DNA of 64,000 nt, taken from Escherichia phage vB_Eco_BCPEco_001. Every line of letters starts with the position of its first letter. Position 1 is the first letter of the stretch. The notes beneath the pieces were generated by a model, which saw only the letters and a program-made list of their open reading frames with translations, had not been told where the DNA came from and searched no databases. Of the stretch, positions 1-15,289 are shown one piece after another. The stretch lies in the sequence record PV295200.1; one strand, given 5' to 3'. Made by a program: the position numbers and the translations under genes.

Positions 1-213
1 AATAGTTTCAACCTTGGCCACGTCTTCTTGTGAATTTATTGATGTCCATTTATTCAATTTCATCATAAAGTGTTCCTTTGATGCATACGTAATAGGAACA
101 CGTATAAACTTATCACCAGATTCTAACTGACGTTTGATTTGGATATTTGAAAACAAATCGCCCATCAAGGTAGCATATCGTCTAAAAGACGAATTATAAA
201 AATAACCAAACAT
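1..213 (-). CDS. 15: tail sheath stabiliser/tail completion protein gp15-like, N-terminal 71 codons; gene continues beyond window start
   Basis: Minus-strand ATG at 213 preceded by AGGAGA; open frame to base 1 reads MFGYFYNSSFRRYATLMGDLFSNIQIKRQLESGDK...; lies downstream of gp14 as in the T4 neck/tail cluster. Confidence 0.75.
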   Translation of the reverse strand, partial: MFGYFYNSSFRRYATLMGDLFSNIQIKRQLESGDKFIRVPITYASKEHFMMKLNKWTSINSQEDVAKVETI

Positions 214-254
214 GATTTCTCCTAATCTGGGCTTTAATTAGTTTATAATATTTA

Positions 255-2765
<2,511 letters not shown>

Positions 2766-2796
2766 TTAAAATCCTTTGGGGCCTTGCGGCCCCATG

Positions 2797-4254
2797 TTAT
2801 GCTGGTGATAAAAAGGTAGAAAGTAGTACCCATTCGCCGTCTTTACGAACGTAAGCTTGCCCATCTCTTGGAGCTTCAGGAATATAACCTGCTTCTTGTA
2901 GATCTTGAACGCTGCTCTGTAAAGAGGATATATCGTCTTTAACTGTATTTACTTCCTGCGTGACTGCCGCAATGTTAGTTTCATTCGTTTTTACAGAATT
3001 AGTTAATCCTCGTTCTTCAACAGTTGATCCGTCAGGATTATTTCCATTTATAAGTGAAGTAAGTTCAATAACTTGACCTTTAATTCCTGTTCTATTATTT
3101 CCTATTTCAACTTGTATATTTTGAACATTATTGTTTAAAACTGAAACTTCTCCTTCAAGCACTGAAACTTTATTTAATAGAGATCCAGAAGGAGACGGTT
3201 GTCCTCCGCTGGAGTCAGTTCCAACAATTTGATTTAACCACGAAACATTCGCTCTTAAACCAGACGAAGTGTTTTCACCAACAATTCCGTTTAAAGACTC
3301 AATAGAAGTTGTGTGATTTTTAATTTTTCCTTTAATACTAGAAGGAATATCATCTGAACCTATAGAAGTTTCAATAGCCGTTAAGCGCTGTTTAACACCT
3401 TCACTCTGATTTAATTCATTATTAATAGATTCAATGCTACTTTTGTTATTATTAATTTCTGTTATTATAGAAACATTTTCTGGGTATCCAATAGAAGATT
3501 TAATTTCTGCTATATCAGAATTTATTAAAGTTTGTTTATCATCTATAGTGTTTAATCTATTATAAATATTTGGTCCAAAATCTACTGGTTTATTACCAAG
3601 TTCATCGCGTAATTTACCAACTTCAACCGTCAATGATCCTACGTCAGATTCAGTAAATTTATTTTCTAATTCACTTAAACGAATGCCTTGTGAAGATAAT
3701 AATGTACTATTTGTTATTATTCTATGTTTCATTCCTGTGCTAGCATTACCAACAACAGGAAGACCGTTAATGTCTTGGCCAGAATATTGCCCTAGTTCTT
3801 GTTTAATCCACAATAAATCATTTCTAATTGTTCTATAAACAGAGTTTTCTTCATCATTAAATGGACCTATATCAGCAATAATTTTGTCAACTGTATTATT
3901 AGTTCCAGTTAATATATCAGTGTGTTCATTAGTAAGTGTCTTTAAATTTGATATGTCATTTTTATTAACACTGATCTGCGATAGTGCTTCTATATCTCCT
4001 GATACATCTAAAACTCCTTGAATTGTTTTAATATCTTTCTGCGATGTTTCAATGGCAGTTTTAAGAATTCCTATATTTTCGTCAAGAACCTCAACATTTT
4101 TAAACACGGAAACAATTGGTCTATTCATTGATCCATCGTTTCCATACTTAGTGCTAGCTCCTAGTATTTCTTCACCATTTTTAATCCATGAAATACGTTC
4201 CTGACCTTCATCAGGAACGCTATCAACAAAAGGTAACTCTTTTAATTCAATCAT
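2797..4254 (-). CDS. wac: fibritin (whisker antigen control protein)
   Basis: 485 aa, long Ser/Asn/Leu-rich coiled-coil repeats, C-terminal foldon [27 protein letters not shown]. Confidence 0.9.
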   Translation of the reverse strand: MIELKELPFVDSVPDEGQERISWIKNGEEILGASTKYGNDGSMNRPIVSVFKNVEVLDENIGILKTAIETSQKDIKTIQGVLDVSGDIEALSQISVNKNDISNLKTLTNEHTDILTGTNNTVDKIIADIGPFNDEENSVYRTIRNDLLWIKQELGQYSGQDINGLPVVGNASTGMKHRIITNSTLLSSQGIRLSELENKFTESDVGSLTVEVGKLRDELGNKPVDFGPNIYNRLNTIDDKQTLINSDIAEIKSSIGYPENVSIITEINNNKSSIESINNELNQSEGVKQRLTAIETSIGSDDIPSSIKGKIKNHTTSIESLNGIVGENTSSGLRANVSWLNQIVGTDSSGGQPSPSGSLLNKVSVLEGEVSVLNNNVQNIQVEIGNNRTGIKGQVIELTSLINGNNPDGSTVEERGLTNSVKTNETNIAAVTQEVNTVKDDISSLQSSVQDLQEAGYIPEAPRDGQAYVRKDGEWVLLSTFLSPA

Positions 4255-4263
4255 TTGTAATCC

Positions 4264-5814
4264 TTAGTAATGAATTTTAATAATATAGTTTAATGATATA
4301 TTCCATGGTCTAGTTTCATAACCAATTAATCCTTCACGATTAAGTGTACCATGAGCATCTCTCGGTCCACCTAATTCAAATCCATCATTAGTGAAGTATG
4401 AAGCATTATCCCAGTCGGAATATTTTCTAGTTCCAAGATATCCTTGATAAACTGACGCGCCAAATGGACCTTCACTTCTGTTATATTCTCCCCAACCACC
4501 GGCGTGTTTATGGTATGACATTTGTTGTGCCTGGACACCACCAACATGCATTCCGTCACATCCTACACCAAGTCTATCCTTTCCATAACCATCTTGTCCT
4601 CGTTGATTTAAAATATGACCGCCAGTACCGGCTCCTCTGACGAAAAGACCTCGCATATCAGGAATACCAGGATTATTCCAATCACCACCAAATCTTGATC
4701 CAACTACGTTTCTATAATCAGGAAATTGGTCACCTGACACGGTTCCACCGTGACACATAATCCAACCTGGAGGTGCTGAATCACCCGCAAACATCATAAT
4801 AGTTCCAACCGGAACTCGTTCGGACGCATATCTTTCAGTGGCAACAGGTTGATCGCCATTTTTCCACATTCCGCCGCGCGACCAAATTCCGTTTGCTGTA
4901 AGATGGTCTAAATTTAAAGAACCATTAATAGTTTGTCCACCACGCGTATTAATTACATCTGCGTTCCACGCTAATGCTCCAGAACTATCACCTTCAGGGG
5001 CAATACCGGCTTGCGTCGTTAATTTAACTACTCCACGCATAGAACCAGTAGCTCCTCGACCATTTAGTGTTTCACCTGTTACTGCAACATCTCCTAAATT
5101 ACTGTTAATTTCCGATTGTGTTCCTAAACGTATAACACCCTTATATTCTTGTGTTGCAACAGAATTCATAAAGGTATACGGAGAAATTGCATATCCTTCG
5201 CGGAGAGTTCCTTGACGAGTTTGCGCAACAGTTGATAATTGAACCACACCTCTCACAGATTCTGATGCAGTATCTTCGGAAGGAGCTATTTGTGAAATTA
5301 ATTTTATTGCGAGTTTTTGGGTTTTTAGCGGAGTCATCGCCGTAGTATCATCAACACCAGCCAAAGCTGCAGGTGTTGATGATATTTTAATAACCCCGTT
5401 TGATGACTCAGACGAATATCTATTTTGGAACACATCGTCAGTATGGTATTTCAGTTTTTGTGGCGTTATTGATGAATTATTATCTGAGCCTTCTAATGTT
5501 TCTTCATTTGTTGAATAGCGCGTTAAACCATACTTAGTTTCAGTAGCATTTGGATACAATAGTCTTGTTGCTAATGTAGCTGGTGTAACGATTTTAGAAT
5601 TATTTGTTCCATCTAAAACCTCTTGCTCCGATGCAATCATTGCTATTCCTTTAACTTCCATAGTTGCATCAGGAATACCATTTACGCCGATATTACTTAT
5701 TTTTGATAATGCAGACTGCACTGTCGTAACAGTGTCAGGAAAATTCGATCCTACTGGATCGAATTTAACATATTTTGATTCATTTGATACGTGCTGATAT
5801 GTATTGTTACTCAT
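4264..5814 (-). CDS. 12: short tail fibre protein gp12
   Basis: 516 aa ORF immediately upstream of wac and downstream of gp11 (ATGA overlap); Gly-rich C-terminal receptor-binding-like region. Confidence 0.8.
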   Translation of the reverse strand: MSNNTYQHVSNESKYVKFDPVGSNFPDTVTTVQSALSKISNIGVNGIPDATMEVKGIAMIASEQEVLDGTNNSKIVTPATLATRLLYPNATETKYGLTRYSTNEETLEGSDNNSSITPQKLKYHTDDVFQNRYSSESSNGVIKISSTPAALAGVDDTTAMTPLKTQKLAIKLISQIAPSEDTASESVRGVVQLSTVAQTRQGTLREGYAISPYTFMNSVATQEYKGVIRLGTQSEINSNLGDVAVTGETLNGRGATGSMRGVVKLTTQAGIAPEGDSSGALAWNADVINTRGGQTINGSLNLDHLTANGIWSRGGMWKNGDQPVATERYASERVPVGTIMMFAGDSAPPGWIMCHGGTVSGDQFPDYRNVVGSRFGGDWNNPGIPDMRGLFVRGAGTGGHILNQRGQDGYGKDRLGVGCDGMHVGGVQAQQMSYHKHAGGWGEYNRSEGPFGASVYQGYLGTRKYSDWDNASYFTNDGFELGGPRDAHGTLNREGLIGYETRPWNISLNYIIKIHY

Positions 5815-6470
5815 GCTATTCTCTCAAAATAATAAAATACTGTAGGTTGTGTGTGACTATCTAGCGTGACAGTTTGCGCACCTAATAATTGCCACGTTCC
5901 GTACCCAGGTTTAGAAGGAGAAATTATTTCCTGTTTGAAAGTAATTCCTTTATCAGAGTATTGTTCTAAGATATGTTCTTGGTTATCTAAATACTTAACT
6001 TGTATTTTATTTCCTATGGTAGGATGGTCTTCAAATGAATCAATTGCAATAAATTTTACAACCATTTCCTGTAGAGCTATTCTAACAGCACTAGTAAATT
6101 CGATTGAAGTCATTCCATTAGTAGCTTTAACTGGAATACCAAACATGTTAACAATAACTGGATCACCTGGTTTGGCTGAAGTATCAGTAACGGTTCCTTC
6201 AAATGACCAATAGTCGGTTTGTTGCACGCCAGTAGGAGATACGCCGCTTATATTAATTAATACAGCTCCAACCTGTTGCTCTGCCATATTTCTAACATCA
6301 TTGATAGCAGATTCTACATTTGAGTCATAAAAACCTTTTGCTATTTGTGAAATTGTTACAGCGCCTACCGGCTGATTATTCATAACCGAAATATCATTTT
6401 TCTTAGTTCTAAAACCAAGAAAATCTGCTAAGCGGGAAATAACTCCCGCTTTATTATTAAGTAAACTCAT
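5811..6470 (-). CDS. 11: baseplate wedge protein gp11
   Basis: ORF track 5811..6488; start at internal Met ([19 protein letters not shown]...) gives 219 aa with TAATG overlap to gp10 stop. Confidence 0.8.
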   Translation of the reverse strand: MSLLNNKAGVISRLADFLGFRTKKNDISVMNNQPVGAVTISQIAKGFYDSNVESAINDVRNMAEQQVGAVLINISGVSPTGVQQTDYWSFEGTVTDTSAKPGDPVIVNMFGIPVKATNGMTSIEFTSAVRIALQEMVVKFIAIDSFEDHPTIGNKIQVKYLDNQEHILEQYSDKGITFKQEIISPSKPGYGTWQLLGAQTVTLDSHTQPTVFYYFERIA

Positions 6471-8275
6471 TATGCAATCCTTATCCAACGGTATACAGTA
6501 ATAGACGGTTGAATATTACTAATATTAGTAGGAGGAGTATGTGAAGAGTTTGTTGTTGCGTAGTCTTCACGATATTTTGTATATATAGGACCAGTTTCGT
6601 CTGGGTCATATTGACATCCTCCAATAATAACTGATCCATTTTCGTCTTCAATTAAAACTCTTTCATCAGTTTTAGTCGCAGGAAGATTTGCGTTTTCAAG
6701 CGTTACTGATGTTGTACCAACTGTTCCACCGGCAGTATGTGAAGGATTTCCGCTAGAATCTAAATCATTATTGTTTAAAGCAAAGTTTGGATCCGTAACA
6801 TCATCATTCCATCCTACTAAAACTTGTCCTTTACCAAATAATTTCCATGAACCAAATCCCATATAAGTCACCGGATTATTTGGGTTTATAGCATTTTCAT
6901 AAATTGAACCAACAGGATAAATGCTGTCGAAAATAGATGATATTGAATTATATGTTCTAGTATAAGAATCAACTTTTTCAACATTTGGCCAACCGATTTT
7001 ATCAAAATCTGTTAAGGCTACATCCCCAGTAACTTCAGTAGATGATCCTTTACTAACATAACGGTCATCAGTTAATTCAATAATGTCATCTTTTTCTAAA
7101 AGAGTTCCTAAATCATTATTAAACCATGTTATAACGATTATATCACCTGATTCAAATTTTCTATCAAATAAAAGACTGACAGGTTTTCCATCTTCATATT
7201 CTATAGAATAATCTGTGTTCGATTCTTTCCATTCACCACCAAGAGATATACATCCTGCTTGCGTATCTGAGTTAGCACCTTCACACAAAAACAGAGGATA
7301 TCCTGCTGTTCCAGCTTGTTGTTGTAAAATTCCATTAAAACGAACTTCAAGAGAATTAGGATTAATAGGTTCTCCAGGAATTAATCCAAATGCAGAGAAT
7401 GGAATTGATTTCATTGTTGATAAATCAGTAACGTAAATACTTCCTTCTAAAGAAGTTTTTGACGTTAATTTTGAATCTAATACTTTTATTTGGCGTCTTG
7501 TATATGAACTTCTCCATTGTGATATACCATCCATAAATGTTTCAATTTGAACAGTGTCACCAATATTACAAGGCTGTCTTAACCTAATATTAAATCCATC
7601 AAGAGGAATCAATTCTCCTTCATTTTCCCCAGGAGAGCCAAAGTCACTGTTTTCACTAAATACATCGCCGTAATATAATTCATTACCACGGTGTTTTACT
7701 CGGATGTTATTAACATTATAGCTAGTTCCGCGGAAAACATCTAAAAAGTCTGTTTGTCCTTGAACTTCGACTAAAAATTCTTTACGTGCTACATTACTAA
7801 TATCTGAACTAATAATTTTGTCAATTTGTTTGTTTTTGACATATTCCCAGCGTCCTGGAGCACAATAAACTAACTCTAAATCGCTAAATTGAACATTAAT
7901 TTCAACTGATGACGATGATCCTTTAATAGTATCACCAGAAGCGGCTACTAGAGTAACTGGATTAACATTCCATGTTGCAAATACATCCCTAGCTTTAATT
8001 ACTTTATTATAATCATTAACGGTTCCTTTAGGAAGTTGTAGAGTTACTCTTCCAGATGAAGTGTTAATAGCATATGATTTTCCCCATTCTGCTGTTAATG
8101 TTTGTCCTGATGAAGCATTATAAGTTTTCCAGGCACCGGCTGAATATGGAACATCTCCATCACCAAGCTCGTAATAAAGTTCATCAAAGTTTTCATTTAT
8201 TTTTATACCACCTTTACGCAGGTAGTCACCGGTACCATCATCAACAACATTACCGATATTAATATTTTGTTTCAT
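6470..8275 (-). CDS. 10: baseplate wedge protein gp10
   Basis: 601 aa; position and size match T4 gp10 (602 aa). Confidence 0.8.
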   Translation of the reverse strand: MKQNINIGNVVDDGTGDYLRKGGIKINENFDELYYELGDGDVPYSAGAWKTYNASSGQTLTAEWGKSYAINTSSGRVTLQLPKGTVNDYNKVIKARDVFATWNVNPVTLVAASGDTIKGSSSSVEINVQFSDLELVYCAPGRWEYVKNKQIDKIISSDISNVARKEFLVEVQGQTDFLDVFRGTSYNVNNIRVKHRGNELYYGDVFSENSDFGSPGENEGELIPLDGFNIRLRQPCNIGDTVQIETFMDGISQWRSSYTRRQIKVLDSKLTSKTSLEGSIYVTDLSTMKSIPFSAFGLIPGEPINPNSLEVRFNGILQQQAGTAGYPLFLCEGANSDTQAGCISLGGEWKESNTDYSIEYEDGKPVSLLFDRKFESGDIIVITWFNNDLGTLLEKDDIIELTDDRYVSKGSSTEVTGDVALTDFDKIGWPNVEKVDSYTRTYNSISSIFDSIYPVGSIYENAINPNNPVTYMGFGSWKLFGKGQVLVGWNDDVTDPNFALNNNDLDSSGNPSHTAGGTVGTTSVTLENANLPATKTDERVLIEDENGSVIIGGCQYDPDETGPIYTKYREDYATTNSSHTPPTNISNIQPSITVYRWIRIA

Positions 8276-9141
8276 TATTGAGCCACCCCGATTTTCTGCG
8301 TAGCGATAACTTTAACTGCTGCTCTCATACCGACAGTTGAAGAACTTATAGTCGCTGTTACATAATTTGTTTTAATACTAAATGCAATATTAGCGATTTC
8401 GTCTTCTTCGGTTTCATTCCCAACTCGCATGACAGCATATTCAGAAGAAATGACCTCTGAATTAACATTATCCACAAGAATATTTATTTCTGCTGTTTTA
8501 ATTTTTCTTCCATCTATCGATTGGCACGTAACTAACAATTTAGCCATGTTATATTCAGTACGGTGAAATAGTGGAATGTCAACTGATCCAGATGTAGAAA
8601 TATTCCATGTACCTTCAGCTGGTGATTCCTTTTGTCCAAACATACTTTCAATAGAATAATTCCAAACAGATGTAGAATTATCAGATGAAATACATCGTAA
8701 AGTAACTTTACTATATGGGCTAGTTACTACCAAATTACCCGAAACGCCTTTGATTGAATCAATAGCCTGAATTGTTAAAGGATTAGTAACTGATATTGAT
8801 CCATTTGAGTTAATAAATTCAACACAGTCGCCAAGTTCGCCTTTTTCAATGATAACTTTAACACCTACAGTAGAGGTATCAATATCATGTCTAGTGCCAA
8901 CTTTTACTGGAGTTGCGTACTCTGCTATAGAGTGCTTTTGATAATATCCAGTAGCATGGATAATTTGGCCATTTGCTCCAGTGCCATTTGCTACTGCCAT
9001 TTTGCGCTGATCGCCAAACGCATTATAAATTGCGTTAAAATCACTATTAATTTTATTACCACCGTCGAATAAGATATCACCAGTAGAAGCGTTACCAATT
9101 TCGCCGGTATCAATCAATTTCTTTGGTTCTTGAATGAACAT
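8275..9141 (-). CDS. 9: baseplate wedge protein gp9 (long tail fibre socket)
   Basis: 288 aa, same size as T4 gp9; preceded by late promoter and gp8 terminator. Confidence 0.8.
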   Translation of the reverse strand: MFIQEPKKLIDTGEIGNASTGDILFDGGNKINSDFNAIYNAFGDQRKMAVANGTGANGQIIHATGYYQKHSIAEYATPVKVGTRHDIDTSTVGVKVIIEKGELGDCVEFINSNGSISVTNPLTIQAIDSIKGVSGNLVVTSPYSKVTLRCISSDNSTSVWNYSIESMFGQKESPAEGTWNISTSGSVDIPLFHRTEYNMAKLLVTCQSIDGRKIKTAEINILVDNVNSEVISSEYAVMRVGNETEEDEIANIAFSIKTNYVTATISSSTVGMRAAVKVIATQKIGVAQ

Positions 9142-9165
9142 AGCGGTTTCCTTATGAGTTTATAA

Positions 9166-9173
9166 TATTTATA
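9166..9173 (-). promoter_or_regulatory. late promoter (TATAAATA) for gene 9
   Basis: Reverse complement of tatttata about 25 nt upstream of gp9 start; T4 late promoter consensus. Confidence 0.5.
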
Positions 9174-9201
9174 AAGAAAAAAAGGGAGCCCATGGGCTCC
9201 C
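9174..9201 (-). terminator. rho-independent terminator after gene 8
   Basis: GGGAGCCCATGGGCTCCC perfect hairpin followed by T7 run on the minus strand. Confidence 0.6.
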
Positions 9202-9206
9202 TTAAT

Positions 9207-10211
9207 TTAAAATGTAAACAGAATATTGATTTCTTCTGTTTGATCCATTGCCATAATAATAGGTGGCCTATTTTCCATATAAATCATTTCGCCCGAATGC
9301 CTCATTAAATCTTCTGGGTCATAATAATCCTTTTCAGCTTTAACGTTTGGGTCATTTGGATGAGCTTTAGCTTCAAGAGGATTCGTGATTATTGATATTT
9401 GTCTAAATCCTTTATTTCCTGGCAATGCAGCATCAGGAAAATAAACTGAATCTAAATATGCTTTAAAACGGATAGTATTTGCCTTAACCCGGTAAATTAA
9501 TCCAAAATCATCTTGCTGCCAAGTGAGATTATCTTCATATCCCCATCTAGTCGGGTCTTCTTTTAATTCCTCAGGCCAAGGAACCACAATATATTCATTC
9601 GTGCATCTATTTATAGATACATCGGGTGGAATCTCAAAAAGATATTCCCATACATACCCGTCCCCAGGTTCAATTGTTCCTTCAGCATCTCCTCGACCTT
9701 CAGGAGGAGTCATTGACCTAACAGAAGGTGTCCATTTTCCGCCTAATTTAAGGCATTCATCCTTATCAGTTAAAGATGCAATTGAACACATTCCAGTATC
9801 AGGAACATCTAAACAACGATATACTAACCAGCCTGCGCCTGATTCAGTAGCGTTGTAAGGAGCTGAGTTACACACTACAATATCGTTAATTCTAAATGTG
9901 TATGGATCCGGATATCTAGTATCTCCCCAATCTCGACGAGGAATAACTGCGTCAAGCATTGATGGAAGAACCTTTACTGTTCCCATCATATGCGTCCACA
10001 TGTCAGTTACGCCTAATACAGAATCAGTTGGATAAGGTGGAGCAAAGCCCACCTCATTTTCATTTGATGACCACGGTTCTGATCTTCCAAATGTGATAAA
10101 GATAGTGTTTTTATCCGGACCACTCCCAATTGAATTATAAAAATTCAACATTTTTTCTGTTCTAAATTTTGAAGTAACTATCGCACGATAGATAACACTT
10201 GAATCATTCAT
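9207..10211 (-). CDS. 8: baseplate wedge protein gp8
   Basis: 334 aa, same size as T4 gp8; conserved order 6-7-8-9. Confidence 0.8.
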   Translation of the reverse strand: MNDSSVIYRAIVTSKFRTEKMLNFYNSIGSGPDKNTIFITFGRSEPWSSNENEVGFAPPYPTDSVLGVTDMWTHMMGTVKVLPSMLDAVIPRRDWGDTRYPDPYTFRINDIVVCNSAPYNATESGAGWLVYRCLDVPDTGMCSIASLTDKDECLKLGGKWTPSVRSMTPPEGRGDAEGTIEPGDGYVWEYLFEIPPDVSINRCTNEYIVVPWPEELKEDPTRWGYEDNLTWQQDDFGLIYRVKANTIRFKAYLDSVYFPDAALPGNKGFRQISIITNPLEAKAHPNDPNVKAEKDYYDPEDLMRHSGEMIYMENRPPIIMAMDQTEEINILFTF

Positions 10212-13200
10212 CTATTTTAACCTGTGTTGGATTTTCAGGGTCTCTTGGATTTCCTATATTGTCTTTTAGACGTTTATTAACTAAATCTCTAAATTGTGCA
10301 AATGTTGTTCCAGAAGCATCAAATAGAGGACTCATTAATTTACGTCGTTCAGACGGCAATTGACCTTGAAACATTGAATTATTATTTTCAGCATTATAGT
10401 CATCAGGAAGAGGATATTCTACACCAGCCATTGGGCCAGGTTCATAAATTGCTTCTCCTGTTACTGAATCATGTTCAATTTCGCCAGTTGGAGTTAATTT
10501 AGCTACTCTATCAGCATATTCAGTAGGCAATCCAGAATCCCATTTGTAGTTTTTGTATTTATTAATTATAGTCTCTGTGTGTTTAAGAGTTAAACCAACA
10601 TTAATAAACATCGTTAAAAGGGTAATTGCTATAAATCCAAATCCTACTGGATGAACAAAACGAATAACGTCAGATTTCCAGCGAGAAGAAGGTAAATTGG
10701 ATTTAATTTTCATTACATAATATGATCGGCTTCTATTAATATAGTCTATATTATTTTGAAGCAAATCCTTTCCTTTAACCCCACGAATAATTTCGCCTTC
10801 AAAACTAGGAAGTCTTTCTGCTTTAACTTCTTGACCAGCAATTAATCTTCCCAAAAGATTATGAATAGTTACGGTCCATTGCAATTTACCATTAGAATAA
10901 CTTCTTTCTATATAAGTAACATTACATCTTCCTGTGGATGTATAAATCGTTTGTCCTACTAAATCTTCAGTCAAAGAATCAGATTGAACGATTATGTCAT
11001 ATTCAGTACCAGCCCCAGATTCAATTTCAATTTCAACTTCTTCATTATAAAGAACTTTAAAAAGAAACTTGTATGATGCTTCAATTCCTTTAGTAGAATA
11101 AAAATCATAGCTACGTGATTCAAAAAATCTTGCAACAGCATCTCGCTTATCCGCGTTCAAATAAATGTTTCTTTTATATATCTCTGACCACAAATATTCC
11201 CATGCATGCTCTTCTCGTGGATACTGATTACGAATTAAATTTCGTAAATTGTTATACTGAGTTCCATATCCATCAGAAAGATACTGAATATATGCTTCGC
11301 AAAATGCCTCAAAATTCGAATCCTGCAACAAATAAGAATCAGGCATCATTGTGCCAATTAATGGTCTTAAATCAGGATCAGCTAATCCATGCTCTTCTTC
11401 TGGTGACCAAGGAGTCTCATGCTCTTGGTTTTGTAAAAATGCTTTTAAAAATACTCCAGTCGGCTTCCAAATAATTTCTACTGTATCTCTCACACGATAG
11501 TTAAAATCATAGTAAGAAATTATTTCACCAGAGGCTTTATAGAAAAGCATTCCTGATGCATATTTTTTAAATCCAGTGAATTTAACATTTGGCATTACTA
11601 TAGTGCAATCACCATCATCCCAGTATTCATGAACTAATCTATCTGGTGATGTTTCCGGAATATTTTCTATAACTTTAGTGTATTTTAAATCAGCATAAAC
11701 TACTACAGCTCTATCAGAATTGTTTATCCAACAGCGTGTGTTAGATTTTTTAGACCAGTTAAAGAACGGTTCTGCGTAGTATTTCATTGGTTGAGGAGTA
11801 AAAGTCTCCCAATCAGATTTTTCATCCGCTATAAATGCCATCATATGATAATGCTTATCAGCTAACCATTCACGAGGAAATTCATATTTAACAGCACCGA
11901 TTAACTGATATTTTGCTGCAGTTTCAGGGTCATTAACAATGTTATCACTTAAAAATTTAAAATTACTCGAAGATAGAGAAACTAATTTACCGTCAGTTGA
12001 CATATTCGCATATCCGGGTTGAATACGTCTTCTTTCTTCTTCGGTATTACCGAAAACTCTTTTCCATGTTTTTTCGTCATGATTTAAAACATATATTCCT
12101 TTATCAGCAGAATCAATTATTTTTGAAGTTCTCGGATTGGCATTTAATGTTTCAACTTCACCAATAATAAGAGCAAAAACTTTATCACCGATAGAATCCA
12201 TTTTATAGCATACTGCTTTAGGATTTCCAGTTATAGTCATTGTATCAGGTTCAAAAAGTCTTTCCGAATATGTTGGAGATAATGGATCAGAATCTATAGG
12301 TGCATTACTCGTTTTTATGTATCTAACTTTATCTCTGGCGACAACGTAAATGTAATCATCGGTGCAAGTAATAGCTTCTGCAATGCGGTATACATTCGCT
12401 GGTAAAGTCGCGTAAGTGGCAAAAATTTCTACATCAAACCCTAGATGCAATTGGTCACCAAGTTTAGCAAATGTTATATCATGCGAACTAAATCTGACAT
12501 CATCGGCTGACCATCTAACATCAGTAGATTTACGGCCGTAGAAAATCTTGTCGTATCCTAGAACGTATGTCGTGTTTGCAGATTGGTAATATACTGTCTT
12601 AGATAAAGGATATCCTACACGGTCATTGAAGAGCTTTACAGCTTTCCAGGTTTGTCCTTTATCATTAGATACTTTAACCACGGGTTGATAACGCTCAAAA
12701 AGATATAGAATCCCTTCTGATTCCATCAAATAAACTCGGTTAATATCCTTACATACTTGCTGAATGGAACCTTGTATTTCATGATACTCATTTTCACCAA
12801 TAATAAAATTACTGATTGATGAAACATCAACATATGATGGGCTGAATTGGAACGATTCATTCATCAATGCAGCCATTATAGTGTCATTATTAAAATTGAC
12901 ATAATTAGAATTGTTAAGAGTAAATTTTTCCTGAATGAATTTATTGGCTAATTGCATTTCAATCATGTTTTGAAATGTGTAAGCATTCGTAGCAAAAGTT
13001 TCAAACTCTTCCGTATAAACCCAATCAGATTGCTCAAAATCTTGTGCAGCTGTAGCTACTCTAATGATGTATGATGTTAGTGGATCAGCATCATCAAAAA
13101 AGAAACTATTGTTTGCTGTATATCCTAAATTAATCCAACGATATTGATCACTCGGGAGATTTTCCCCCGAGTCTGTTTTTGTCTCAGCGATTTCTACAAA

Positions 13201-13302
13201 ATAGTAGAAATTAGCACCAACGTCATCCCAGCGTACTTGCACCTGATTTGCGGATAACTTGGAAATTCTGAGACTAGTGACTGAAGGTGCTTTTACTGTC
13301 AT
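10204..13302 (-). CDS. 7: baseplate wedge protein gp7
   Basis: 1032 aa, same length as T4 gp7; overlaps gp8 and gp6 starts. Confidence 0.85.
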   Translation of the reverse strand: MTVKAPSVTSLRISKLSANQVQVRWDDVGANFYYFVEIAETKTDSGENLPSDQYRWINLGYTANNSFFFDDADPLTSYIIRVATAAQDFEQSDWVYTEEFETFATNAYTFQNMIEMQLANKFIQEKFTLNNSNYVNFNNDTIMAALMNESFQFSPSYVDVSSISNFIIGENEYHEIQGSIQQVCKDINRVYLMESEGILYLFERYQPVVKVSNDKGQTWKAVKLFNDRVGYPLSKTVYYQSANTTYVLGYDKIFYGRKSTDVRWSADDVRFSSHDITFAKLGDQLHLGFDVEIFATYATLPANVYRIAEAITCTDDYIYVVARDKVRYIKTSNAPIDSDPLSPTYSERLFEPDTMTITGNPKAVCYKMDSIGDKVFALIIGEVETLNANPRTSKIIDSADKGIYVLNHDEKTWKRVFGNTEEERRRIQPGYANMSTDGKLVSLSSSNFKFLSDNIVNDPETAAKYQLIGAVKYEFPREWLADKHYHMMAFIADEKSDWETFTPQPMKYYAEPFFNWSKKSNTRCWINNSDRAVVVYADLKYTKVIENIPETSPDRLVHEYWDDGDCTIVMPNVKFTGFKKYASGMLFYKASGEIISYYDFNYRVRDTVEIIWKPTGVFLKAFLQNQEHETPWSPEEEHGLADPDLRPLIGTMMPDSYLLQDSNFEAFCEAYIQYLSDGYGTQYNNLRNLIRNQYPREEHAWEYLWSEIYKRNIYLNADKRDAVARFFESRSYDFYSTKGIEASYKFLFKVLYNEEVEIEIESGAGTEYDIIVQSDSLTEDLVGQTIYTSTGRCNVTYIERSYSNGKLQWTVTIHNLLGRLIAGQEVKAERLPSFEGEIIRGVKGKDLLQNNIDYINRSRSYYVMKIKSNLPSSRWKSDVIRFVHPVGFGFIAITLLTMFINVGLTLKHTETIINKYKNYKWDSGLPTEYADRVAKLTPTGEIEHDSVTGEAIYEPGPMAGVEYPLPDDYNAENNNSMFQGQLPSERRKLMSPLFDASGTTFAQFRDLVNKRLKDNIGNPRDPENPTQVKIDE

Positions 13303-15281
13303 TGTGATATAGGCTCCAAATCGATAGTTAAGTATTGCGGACGTAAATCATTTTCAAATACAATCAGTGAACCATCACGGGTAAAGATAACATCATCGGT
13401 TGGGTCAGAATATAATTCAATAGTCTGAACCTCAAATTTTTCAGATGTTAAATTAATTTTAGCGATATTCCAATAAATCATGTCAGTCGGATAATTTATT
13501 TCACCGATAACATAGTATTTGTCGCGTCCATCAGAATTTGCTAATTTATTAAAATCATTGCCTGTATATGGCTGAATGTTTTCATTTTCTGTAACATCGC
13601 CAGAAGCAAATGGACCAATAATAACTTTACCAATTCCTTTAGAATCTCGGTCTGTTGATACTATACGAACATCATATAATACATCTTCTTCTAAACCAGT
13701 ATCAGGATTTACAACCTTTCGTCCAGAATTAAATGAAAACGTATTAGATTCCATAGAACGATCTTTTATTTGATTATTATATTTAATACCCGCTTCAGGC
13801 GTTTTATAGAAGTTTTGTACTTCACGAACCATTTGAATAGTCGCTGATGAACCAATGACAGAATGATCTGCATCATCTACATATGTCAACATCTTAGATT
13901 TAGCGAAAGACGAGTTAAAAATTTCTACATCTTCGGTATAATAGCGATCAATTTTATCAATTATTTGACCTTCAAGCCACTGTTCGGATTCTTGCAGCTT
14001 ATTTAAAGCATATGTGACTTTTAAATTAGTCTTAATAAAAAGGTAATTAGGAGAAATAATTGATGGTGTAATAGGAGCTAAATTATAGTCTTTGAGATAA
14101 TTTTTAATATCTTCACGCTGTACGGTAGTTAAATACAGACCTGATTTAGGTTTAGCAGCAATAAATGCATACCCAGGTTTAGTAGAATCAGTGAAAGTTT
14201 GAACAGCTTGAATAATAGAACCAAATCTCTCTGAAACGAATGTATCATAGTCAGTCGCAGTTACGCATCGTTGCTGGGTTTCGCGTTTAATAGTACCCAA
14301 TTCGCGAATACGCTCAATATCTTCTGGATCACCGCCTCCATCTGCCCCAACAAAATCTGGGTCACCGTTTGGATTTTCATTAATATTGATGACAGTTATA
14401 TTTGTTAATGTGTCTGCGTATGAAAATCCGACTGCTCCGTTCGCGTCAGCACCATTAGTACTAATGTACTCAATAACAATCGTAGAGTTCTGAGTAGGTT
14501 TAAGACCTCCAATATAATTAGCAGTCAAAGCTCCTTCAGAAGCATTAACAGAAATTTCACCTTCACCAAAATAGAATTCAGTGTTTCCATCAATAGTTTC
14601 ACGCATATAGTAAATCGTTGATGTTGAACCAGCATGAACCATTGACTTTCTCGTCCAGTTAATCCATTCCGCTCCATCAACATATAATTTAACCTGGTTT
14701 CTATCAATATTTTTATCATAAATGATAATAGGTGTTAATTTATCATAAATGATTTCAGTTCTTACTATACGTCCCTGGGCCAATTTTAAACGTGGAAAAT
14801 ATTGGTTATTTTTATCACGAATAGCAATAACGTCTTCGGTAGAAACGAAGTTATATGGATTAACAGAAGTATCTTTTGCATATGCTAAAAAGCGAGTTCC
14901 GCGAGGAATTGTAATGTAATTCCTATTCAATGCGTCGGTGCATGTTAACATAATTTCGGTTTGCGCAGCGGATTTTGAAGTAGGTAAATATCCGTTATCT
15001 TGTGCAGCTTGAACAACTGAGCTTCGTAAGTTAGCAGTACGCATAAAGCTTTCATATACAGCAGCATTACCAAACTGCTGAATGTACAGCGTATTATAAG
15101 CCAAAAGGTCACACAGAACGTTTAATCTTGAGCCTTCAAAATCATAATCCAAAAATTCATTTTGGCCATTAAGCCATTCAATGAGGTTTTGTTTTATTTC
15201 AGCAAACGTACCCCCGACGAATATCTCGGGAATAGCATTTGCTGTTCTTGTTAATTGATAATTTACAGGGGTATTTGCCAT
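13299..15281 (-). CDS. 6: baseplate wedge protein gp6
   Basis: 660 aa, same length as T4 gp6. Confidence 0.85.
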   Translation of the reverse strand: MANTPVNYQLTRTANAIPEIFVGGTFAEIKQNLIEWLNGQNEFLDYDFEGSRLNVLCDLLAYNTLYIQQFGNAAVYESFMRTANLRSSVVQAAQDNGYLPTSKSAAQTEIMLTCTDALNRNYITIPRGTRFLAYAKDTSVNPYNFVSTEDVIAIRDKNNQYFPRLKLAQGRIVRTEIIYDKLTPIIIYDKNIDRNQVKLYVDGAEWINWTRKSMVHAGSTSTIYYMRETIDGNTEFYFGEGEISVNASEGALTANYIGGLKPTQNSTIVIEYISTNGADANGAVGFSYADTLTNITVININENPNGDPDFVGADGGGDPEDIERIRELGTIKRETQQRCVTATDYDTFVSERFGSIIQAVQTFTDSTKPGYAFIAAKPKSGLYLTTVQREDIKNYLKDYNLAPITPSIISPNYLFIKTNLKVTYALNKLQESEQWLEGQIIDKIDRYYTEDVEIFNSSFAKSKMLTYVDDADHSVIGSSATIQMVREVQNFYKTPEAGIKYNNQIKDRSMESNTFSFNSGRKVVNPDTGLEEDVLYDVRIVSTDRDSKGIGKVIIGPFASGDVTENENIQPYTGNDFNKLANSDGRDKYYVIGEINYPTDMIYWNIAKINLTSEKFEVQTIELYSDPTDDVIFTRDGSLIVFENDLRPQYLTIDLEPISQ

Positions 15282-15289
15282 TTTAAATC